Of a stretch of DNA of 64,000 nucleotides, positions 53,970 to 64,000 are shown one piece after another (position 1 is the first letter of the stretch; every line of letters begins with the position of its first letter). The DNA is from Octopus sinensis (taxonomy: Eukaryota). A program made the position numbers and the translations under genes. The DNA lies in assembly GCF_006345805.1 (NCBI RefSeq), contig NC_043001.1:57722001-57786000 (forward strand), in the 5' to 3' direction. Under the pieces are notes generated by a model. The model had not been told where the DNA came from, made no database searches, and saw only the letters and a list, made by a program, of their open reading frames with translations.

Positions 53970-55242
53970 CACGCACATACACAAACACATACATACTATA
54001 CCAGTACATGTTTACTATTTAGAGAACTAGATAGACGACGTGAAAATGTGTATATAGATGTTAAACTATAGAGTAAATCGACAGAAAATTAAGTTATGTT
54101 TTAACTACATTATGTTTTAACTGAAAATAAAACTGTTGTAGCTATTTGTATATGGAATAAAAGCAATCGGTAACATTCTTTGAATAGCGTTAGTGACAAG
54201 CAACACTAAATTTATCCCTATCGATACTGATTTTAATTCTTCGCTTATTAAACAATTCTACAAACATTAGTCATCACCAACATCCTCATGCCTATCAAAT
54301 TTTGTATTGGAAGAATCATGGACCCGCATTATTTTTTAGCCATACTACATGCTTAAAAAATAGACATGAATTGTTTGATGCAATGGCGCAGAAATACGGA
54401 AAAGTATAACGATATTTATTGTATGCACATCGGTTTTTGAGTTCTCACTGAATATGGTTTTTCAGATTTCCATTAAATGCTTGTTTTTGTTTATCTTGCT
54501 GTGTTTTTATTGTTTATAACACAGTTTTTGAGATATTACTTTGAATAATTTTATTGTGGAATTTCATCTGTAAAAAAAGGTTATATGAAGTGCTTATGCA
54601 ACTTGTCTTTCCTGGGAACCCCATCTAAAGCTACTGAGGATATGTGACTCCAAAATTAATGAATAGTTACACCCGTAACTTTCGTTATAACTAGAGTTTA
54701 ATCTATTTCAAATCATATAAAACACTGAGCCTGATGAGACGGATTTGATGTTCTAAGAAAATATTCTTGGTGTGTAAATAAATTTATGTTACAGTTTAGG
54801 TGACTTAAATATTTTTGAAATATAATTACCAACTTTTATCATAATAAACTTCTGAATATTCAGCTTATTGTGGTAGATATTATGTAAGATTGGACAAGTT
54901 TGATAATGCTTGCAGCTAAAAGCCTATCTAAAACGCTATCAATGATGCCGGAATGTTATTGCCTGAGTTAAAGGCTGCAAATGTACACACACTAAATATA
55001 ATGCGTCATAATTTACAAAAAAAGCGAAAAGTCTTAATGTTTCAAAAGCTCAGTCTAATGCAAAATCGAATAAATGGTTGCACCTTCTGTGAAATATTTG
55101 GTTTAAAAGTGAATATTTAACGGGCAAATGTACCACACTAAACCCTAAAACTTGGAGAACTTTATATCGTAATATATATATGCATACATAAATACATACA
55201 TACATACATACATACATACATACATTCGTCATTGTGAAATTA

Positions 55243-55460
55243 TGGCGGTGAGCTAGAGAATCGTTAGAACTCTGGGTGAGATGCTTCAAAGCATTTCATA
55301 TATCTTCACGTTCTAAGTTCAAATTCCAACGCGGTACATTTTGTCTTTCCTCATTTCGAGGTCGATAGCAGAAGTACAAGCTGGGCACTAAGGTTGATGT
55401 AATTGACTAGCTCCCTCCTTCGAACCTATTGGCCTTGCATCAAGATTTGAAACTAGCATA
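55243..55460 (+). mobile_element. tRNA-derived SINE
   Basis: GGCGGTGAGCTAGAGAATCGTTAG...AAGTTCAAATTCC; similar to 9946-10165. Confidence 0.75.
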
Positions 55461-56899
55461 GATATTATAGCTAAATGTTCATATAAGGCACTTAATCATT
55501 TCTAAATACCAACCCTAAACAATTATGTAAGAAAGAATCCAGTGTTTACTAGGGGTATGATATATCTTGTACTGCTATTTTGCTTAATTAATGTAGTATA
55601 AGGACCCACATTAATTTAGCATTGAAAGCAGAAGAAAATGTGTTTTTCAAAGCCAGACTATGTTTTTGGTTACTCTACAAGATACACTCTTATTTGTACG
55701 TACAGCTACCAGAAAGACACTTCACGAAAGGAATTATTTCCAGAAAGGTTCCTACCGAAGCAGTACAATTCACTTTCTGAACATGATACGGTGTAGCTAA
55801 GTTCTTATGTACTACGCGGCTCTTGAAAATTCCCTCACACCAGATCTGTAGGAAAATTATAATCCCTACGAGTGATGTTGTTCTATGCGGGGGCGTCTGG
55901 CTGCGATTCGTATTTTAAGATGTACGACCTATTCAAGTTTAAGCGGCAGTCAGAGGACAGCGGTGGTAGAACGAAATCGCACCTCCCCCTACCTACAAAA
56001 ATTCAAATCACCAGATTATTACTGACGTACATTTCTACAACTGAAAGCATTTTGAATTTGTAGACAATATTTTACGTGCATCATATCGCAGATGAAGAAT
56101 GATAATTTTTAAATCAATAAGTAAATTCAAAATTTAATAATTTATAATTATAATTCCTTATACAATTGGTTTCCTAATTTTACTTATATAATTAATACTG
56201 AAAGAAACTTTAGATATTGTAACTGATATGAATCGGTTTTAAAAAATCTAATCTACTTGAAAACTTATGTATGTATTAATGTGCATATGGAGGGAGCAGT
56301 AAGTTTTTAAACGGAGTGAAATTTATATGAAAGGAGTTATCTTCTTCATATCTATATCAGCCATATTCTTTATATATCTCTGTAACAGTCAACGTTAACA
56401 TATATATTAACGTTAGAATTCATAAATAGTTTTTATCTGGAGCTTTCTTTATCACATGGAATGTGTATAGATAGAAATGACAGGGAATAATTCATTAATT
56501 AGAAGAAAGAATGAGGAAGTGAGGATGATGCTGTGCAGAAACTTTGAATTCATAGATTGCTGATTGAAGGTCTCTCCAGCTTTGTAATGTGGCAATTTCT
56601 GTGACTGTGTGTATATATGATATAAATCATTAGGGTGTATTTCATTGCCGAAGGACGTAATGATTTGCTAATGTGAAGATATTCAATATTATTTTCGACA
56701 AAATGGCGCACGTCAAATAGATACTGATGACTGTCAGAAAAGTAGGTTTGGCCCTCTAGGGAGCAAGTTGTAAGTTGTTGGTCATCTCAAATGCAAATAG
56801 ATTATAAGCAATAAAAGCGATTTTCCCAATTGCTACGTTGGAAGTAAAAGAGATTATTCAAATATAAATGCACAGTCGCGCATATAAAATGTATAGATA

Positions 56900-57523
56900 A
56901 ATAGAGGATGGATGAAAAGTAAGTAGGCATCAAAAATTGATAATAAAATCCATATACCTTTTACAAATTTATTGAAACAAATGATACATGTTTTTTAATA
57001 CATGGGAAAATAAAAGTAAATCTTCATATTTCAACATGTGGCGTCAACCAGTTTCCTCATTGAGAAACTTCTGAATCCGTCTCTCCAAGTCATCCAGTGT
57101 GCGAGGTTTTGTCTTGTACACCTCCTCCTTTGTGTAACCTCACAGGTAAAAATCACTTGGAATGAGATCTGGACTTTTTGGAGGCAATTCATGAGGTCCG
57201 CACCACCTAATCAAGTTTTAGCTCATGTACGTAATGGGGTCTCCACGGATGAAAATCCAATTCTTTATGCAACACCATACGCATCGTATCTCTTGTTAGT
57301 CCACTTTCACGAGCTGCTTGACGTGTTGATTTTTGTGAGCTGCGATTAAATATTTCCTTTACTGTTGCTACATTCTCCGCTGATCGGGATGTAGTTGGAT
57401 GGCCACTTCTTCCGTCGTTCACAGAGCTCATGGTCATCAGCTTTGCGTGACAACTTTCTATTGTCTCGGACAATATAATTCTATAAGCAATTTCTAATGT
57501 CTAGTTAATTTTCACCCACCCTG
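56900..57523 (-). mobile_element. Internally deleted copy of the same maT-like family
   Basis: ORF 57207-57473 (RSGHPTTSRSAENVATVKEIFNRSSQKSTR) parallels 49850-49990; TIR CAGGGTGGGTGAAAATT preceded by TA. Confidence 0.78.
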
Positions 57524-57614
57524 TATTTCTAGTAACAAAAGATGGCATTTTCAGTATTTGAATACAATCCAACCATACTTCACTCATGCCATCATTCGCT
57601 GTGGTTACAACTAT

Positions 57615-57694
<80 letters not shown>

Positions 57695-57970
57695 TGTGTG
57701 TGTGTGTGTGTTTGTGTATTATGTGTGTGTGTGTGTGTGTGTGTTGCAAATAATCTTGAACGAAATCTCTCCTCATATCTTTGTCCACGACTCATTAAAG
57801 TTTGAAAGCAGACATATTTTCATAGCACAAAAACACACATACACAAATATGTAAACAAATATGAAATACACACACACACGCACACATATATATATATATA
57901 TTTATATCGATAGGTGAATGAATTATCCTATGTTTGTTTGTTTGTTTTGTTACCGAGAGAGGCTCCCTTT

Positions 57971-58052
57971 CTTTCCTGATGAGAAGATTGCATCTTGCAC
58001 CCTTTATTCCTTTGGAATGAAACCATGTTGTCTTCGAAATATATGTCGAGAG
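57971..58052 (+). ncRNA. Type I hammerhead ribozyme with extended stem II (family D)
   Basis: CUUUC-CUGAUGA-GAAGA..43nt..UCUUC-GAA-AUAUAU-GUC/GAGAG; canonical core and GUC triplet. Confidence 0.8.
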
Positions 58053-58098
58053 TAAAGGAATTTTGCTAACATCTTCGTTCGACTTCATTCATTTATTT

Positions 58099-58174
<76 letters not shown>

Positions 58175-59070
58175 TTAAAATTTAAAATGAGTGTGAGAAA
58201 TTAGATACTAATTTAATTAACAGCGATTTCACACCAGTGGGCTAGCATATAAAAAAAACTGAAGGTTCAGTAAAATTGTATTACATACATATTAGAGGGA
58301 AAACACTATGTGGACACCCCTATGCTAGAAATAGATCCCCTATGGTTTTACCACTAAGAAATGTTCTCAAGAAACATTTAGCGCAACAACCAAAACGTAA
58401 TCGAGCAAGACAAAAGAAAAATCAATAAAAATATGGACTATTCGCATACATGTTTCACTATTTACATATTACGTAATTTTACTTACAGATGCAGTTTCTG
58501 ATAATTAGATTATAAATTAAGAGCTGATCATTCGTTCCTCGACTCCTCTTTTGAAATCCTTTCTGTTCTACAGGATGCAGCCCAATGTTTTCTATGTATT
58601 TATACATTAGCGGAAGGCATGTCATTGGTGTAAAGTTAGATGCAGCATTTCCTTTTTCAGGATCATTGGCACATTAACCAGCTGGGAACTGCATCTTACT
58701 GCAAGCACTCATTTAGCTGTTGTGCCATCCATTCATGGAACCTTCTCAATTTTTTTCATCCAATAACATTGGACCATATTCAGTCCTGGGCTTTTCCAAT
58801 TTGGGAATTTTTTAACTGTCTTTTTTTTTATCATTTCAGTAGATTTTTTAATGTCTTCTTGGACTTCTATATTTCATAACCTATCTTGGATTTTAGGCAG
58901 CTATTGTGCTTCACCATTATGCTCTACAGGTGATTCTAGATCCTTCTCCTGAATGCCCTGCTTTTCTCTGCAACTGGTATCATTCTTACGTGTAATTACC
59001 TATCTAGTTCCCGAAGCAGTTTCTTCTGATTTGCTTCAAACAATCTGTTTTGTTTTGTTTTTTGTTTTTT

Positions 59071-59135
59071 GTGGCGAACTGGCAGAATGCGCTACATTCC
59101 GAGTTCAAATTCCGCGGAGGTCGATTTGCATTTCA
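59071..59135 (+). mobile_element. Truncated SINE head
   Basis: GTGGCGAACTGGCAGAA...GAGTTCAAATTCCGCGGAGGTCGA. Confidence 0.7.
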
Positions 59136-59222
59136 AATATTTAAGACGGTGCTGTAATGTTGCTTATATGAGATATTGTGTGTATCGGGGTTTGTATTGT
59201 CTGTCGATTCATAATAAGGAAC

Positions 59223-60480
59223 TCAGACAAACAGTAATTTGCGTAATATGCGTGCAGTTCCAAATAAAGACGATTTTTGCAATACACCTAGATTGTAGGA
59301 TATTTCTAAAGTTTCCAGATGTTTTATCAGGTCGAGTAGTATTGAACCCGATGCTCCGATGACAATAGAGACAAACATTATGTTTGACTCTGGTACCTGC
59401 CACATCTTGGCGATCTCGATTCTCAGGTTTCCATATTTATTCATTTTTTCTTTTTCTTTCATCATAATATGTTGATCTCCTGGCACCGCCACGTCAATTA
59501 TTGAGCACACTTGTTTGTCTCTCCTGAAGGTTGCTATATCCGGCCTTGGGTGATCTAATACCTTTTCTGTCTGGAAGTCAAAGTCCCAGATAATTTTTGC
59601 CTTCCCCTTTTCGTTTTTACTTTGTCCAGTGTATGTTGGTATCAAGCACCCGTTAACTCGTATTTATGCGTCCAGCATTGTAGCCAATGAATGTTTTGGG
59701 CTAACTAGTCGTGATAGCATTTGTACTCTTTCTGCGCAAAGCTTTCATAAACATGTGTGTCACGTTTTCAAGCCTCTTTCCACACATTTTAAAGGGTTCG
59801 TTGCACTTGTGTGGTATATGTCCCTTTTCACTCATTATTCAATGCTTGATACTGGGCAGCGATAAGTAGGCTTTCGGTATTCTTTTTTAGGCCACCCTTG
59901 CTGAGCCACTTCCAATGATGCTTCCTGCTCTTTTAAGTTAGTTTCACAGTGGAAAGTACCATGTAATTCCATGTGGTGTAAGTTTTCTTCTGTCTCATTT
60001 GTTGTTCGTAGTCGGAATTCATGAGCACTCACAAGTCCATATTTGGTAAATCCTTCCCCATTAGCAGCATACTGTAGCAGGTCTTGTTTGCTGTTTACCA
60101 AACATTCTGCCATGCTTCTTCTTTCAATGTTGACGCAGTCCTGTTCGCTAATCAGCCCACGTCCACCTTTACCCCCTCTTTATCTAGAGCCTGTGTACAT
60201 TTGCCGTAGGCTGGAGGCCCCCATGCATTGTCATTTTCATCTATTCTTTTCTCCCGTTTCAAAGTGAGCTCCTCACGCTTCGAGATACCAAATTCCATCT
60301 CTATATCCATCCTGCCCATCTGTAGAGTCTCAACCAGCCTCTTCATCTCAGGCTCTGTTTTTGCGAACAGTTTTAAATCATCCATGAAGAGGAGGTATTT
60401 GAGACGAACGAGGTCCATTCTTTCTCATCTCATAATGCGCATTGTCTTTATGTAGGACTATAGGAAGTGGGATCAAGGCT
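59223..60480 (-). mobile_element. R4/Dong-type LINE 3' half (RT palm to RLE)
   Basis: YLLFMDDLKLFAK (60152-60418); IIWDFDFQTEKVLDHPRPDI...IIDVAVPGD (59223-59645, PD-(D/E)xK nuclease). Confidence 0.9.
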
Positions 60481-61202
60481 ATAACAAATAGCAAATGTAA
60501 ACAAGATTTTATCTATTACCTCGGCTAATTGCTGTTTGTTCCAACTAGGTATGTTGTTTTTAAACTGCACACACGTTCTCAGCTATTTTACACATGTCGA
60601 TATTTTCCTAATCCACGAATGCGGCAACATGTCGTAAGCATTTTTAAAGTCTATACAGAAACTTTTTGGTACCGTTTCCAGTTCTTCATTACAACATTGT
60701 CTATCACAAGGTGGTCCTTGGTGCCCTTAGATCCTTTTCGGCATCCCTTTTGTTCTACTGGAAGTTGATTGTTTTGCGCAAGGAACGCATATGTTTTCCC
60801 TGCAAGGGTACCTGTCAAGACTTACCATAAGAGGTTAAGACAAGCATTGGGCCGGTAATTGCCATCCTCATTGCCCTTTGACCGATGATTTATTAACAAT
60901 GTTGTCTTTCCCACTACAATCTACTCCAGAACTGCACCACTCGGTAGGCAATTGTCTAATTGCAAAGGAAAGCGCTTGTATGTTGACCTAAGCTACTTAA
61001 GTCAATAGTGTTGTCTTACCGCTTTCTAGTTTGGCAGTTTTTTTACCTGTCCAATTACATCTTCCATCGTTATGCGCACATAGTCCTGTCGTCGGGCCTC
61101 CAGGTGATGGAGTTCGGATCTCACGGAATGTATCCACTCAGCACCGTAGTTGTGGGGAACTACTTTCCCACAGATGTTATCCCGAAATTGGCACTTTTTA
61201 TT

Positions 61203-61235
61203 ACCACCACCACCACCATCACCACCACCACCACC

Positions 61236-61306
<71 letters not shown>

Positions 61307-61311
61307 TATTA

Positions 61312-61368
<57 letters not shown>

Positions 61369-61370
61369 GT
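61203..61370. repeat. (ACC)n-(ATC)n-(ATT)n compound microsatellite at a LINE 3' end
   Basis: Directly visible. Confidence 0.95.
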
Positions 61371-61399
61371 ACTACGGTGCCAATTGTTCACTACCAGTG

Positions 61400-62010
61400 A
61401 ACTAAAGAAACACCCCTTATTTTTCGAGCACCATCTGGAGTATTCGAGAGGTTCCAAGGAGTGCTGTTTTCTGCAAGTGCTCCACACTTATAGCAACCCA
61501 AGTTTCTTTCATGTACTTCTCAAGAATTTTTACTCACTGTTCCCAGGGCTCTAACAATTATTGGCATTACTACCACCTTTTTCATCAACCACAACTGCTT
61601 AATTTCCTAATTTAACCTGTTATATCTATCAACTTTTCATCCTTCCACATCGCAACACCTTGTTTTCAGCTGCGCATGCTATATCTAAGATCCAGATTGC
61701 TTTCTTTCTCAATTAACACTATGTCTGGTTTCCTATTCTCTATCTTACGATCGCACTGAATCATAAAATCCCACAGGATATTTCCATTTTCATTTTCGAT
61801 GTTGCCTTCAGGTTTAAGTTCGTACCACTCTTTTGCACTGTCAAATTCATACTTATTGCAAAGTGTCCAATGGACAATCCTTGCTATATTGTCATGACGT
61901 CTCTTATATTCTTTCTATGCTACTAGCATAACGGTTTCACCATTTTGTCCACAGATTCTGTACTCATCACTATTTGATGTGTTGTCTATTCTGTATTTTA
62001 TGTAATTCAT
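61400..62010 (-). mobile_element. R4/Dong-type LINE 3' fragment (RLE)
   Basis: WYELKPEGNIENENGNILWDFMIQCDRKIENRKPDIVLIEKES...HLQKTALLGTSRILQMVLEK*. Confidence 0.85.
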
Positions 62011-62778
62011 TCTTCTTCTTCTTCCTCTTCTCCTTCGTAATATTATTATTATCATTATTATTATTATTATTATTATTAATATTATTATTCTAGTTATTAA
62101 TATTATTATTCTAGTTATTAATATTATTCAATTAGTTGAGTATTTCACCAATTAAATAATCGATTGTTTTATTAATTGCTGGTTCAAGAACACAACACGC
62201 AGCCAGGTCCGTGAATCAAACTCACAAACTCGCAATCGTAAGCTTGACGCCCTAACCACTGAGCCATGCTCCTTCGCATATATGTATTTTAGGGAATGGA
62301 GCAAGTAAAATCCAGTGTACATAAGTTTCTTAGATGTCAGAATATCGGATGTAATAATTACTCAGCGAGGGTTACTCTACTGGCTGCTCATCAAGCCGAA
62401 TATACTGTAGTTTCCTTCTATGACAATGTAACCTTCGTGTGAGTAAGGAATTTTGGCCAGATGAGTAGCTAGCGGAGTACCCTTCGCTGAGTAATTACTT
62501 CCGACGTTCTGTTAGCTAGGGAACACATGTAGCCCGGATTTTTTCCTGCTCTATTCCTTCAAATTAGATTTTTATTCGCATACATAGCAATCTCACTTGC
62601 TAACCGTGAGCTATTAAGTAACTTTTTTCGAACATCAATATGAGAAAAACTCGCACCCTTTTACGCCAATAAACTATAATTTTCTCTGAAAGTTATTTTT
62701 CGCTCTACCTTCTTCGCGCTTATAGAATCTTACTTAATTCCTACACATGAATCCTTGAATATTACATTTACATATCAT

Positions 62779-62814
<36 letters not shown>

Positions 62815-62893
62815 TATACACTAATAATTATTAGCTATATGCACATACACGTGTGAATTTGAGTATCAGACAACACAATGAAAATATATATAT

Positions 62894-62976
<83 letters not shown>

Positions 62977-63059
62977 TAATCAAAACGGGAAAACAGAAAA
63001 AACAACAACACGTGGAACAATTACAGTATTATTATTATTAGGCGCTCAGGAAAAAAAAA

Positions 63060-63118
<59 letters not shown>

Positions 63119-63165
63119 ATATTATATATATATATATATATCTATATATATATATATATATATAT

Positions 63166-63363
63166 CAGCACGGACTTTGTCAGTGAACAGGTCGCGGATT
63201 TTAGCGACGAAAATATTTTGACAAATTAAACTTAAATGTTGGAGTGAATCGAACGGCTTTTGTGTGTTTCTTAAATGGCTTATAAACACCTTCCACGCTG
63301 CAATTGTTTTCGTTTCAGCACACGATCTCAGATCAAATTACTTGCTATGCGAGTACATCTCCG

Positions 63364-63367
<4 letters not shown>
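63166..63367 (+). mobile_element. Third family C pLTR-like fragment in (TA)n
   Basis: Near-identical to 49268-49475. Confidence 0.88.
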
Positions 63368-63441
<74 letters not shown>

Positions 63442-63445
63442 TATA

Positions 63446-63479
<34 letters not shown>

Positions 63480-64000
63480 CTATATATATATATATACGTA
63501 TATATATGTATATATGCATGCACTGTTGATAATAGACGACTTTTTTCTGTTCTGGCACGATTATACTGACTGAATACTATATAGTTGTTTGACAAATGAC
63601 TATTCATTTTTTGCTTTTTGTATATCATGGTTCATCAATTTGTTCTTTTTTAAGGTGTTGACGTGTAAGGTAAGTGAGTTTTGCTGACAAACATTCTAAA
63701 CTGGAATTAGAGTGTGAAGCAACGTGGTACACTGAACGTTTCGATGATTTCTTGGTCGTAGGATGTTACTCTGCAAAAAAGATGTGACAGAATTATCAAG
63801 TGAATGACCATCTGTAATCTTCAGATCTGGTTTGTTTTCAAATGCAATATCATCACAAAGTAAACACATTTAAAACTCTGAAAGTTTTAGCGTTTACATG
63901 GCAAATTTGAGGTAATGGAATGGTGTACATTTTCTTCAGATAGACGTTAATATCTATAGTTAGTACTATAGTGTTAACAGTTATCAAGTAATTAGTGAAT

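Overview
AT-rich, microsatellite-dense animal genomic DNA. The tRNA-derived SINEs and LINE/PLE families resemble those of Octopus; this taxon call is from recognition, not a search. No host protein-coding gene, tRNA or rRNA could be supported, and almost all long ORFs in the track are microsatellite artefacts. The window holds many decayed R4/Dong-type LINEs (RT plus restriction-like endonuclease), several Tc1/mariner relics and MITEs, a Helitron helicase fragment, a CR1-like fragment, two decayed Penelope-like elements (PLEs) and one nearly intact 5'-truncated PLE (41.4-43.3 kb). The main signal outside the ORF track is a set of at least five hammerhead-ribozyme (HHR) repeat families. Two are tandem arrays of ~466-bp and ~494-bp non-coding monomers with one type I HHR per monomer (retrozyme/pLTR-like). 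One is a three-copy family whose core carries a compensatory G3-C8 swap. One is a long-stem-II family. The last is an HHR-like motif whose predicted cleavage site coincides with the inversion breakpoint of the PLE. All folds were derived by eye; activity is untested.
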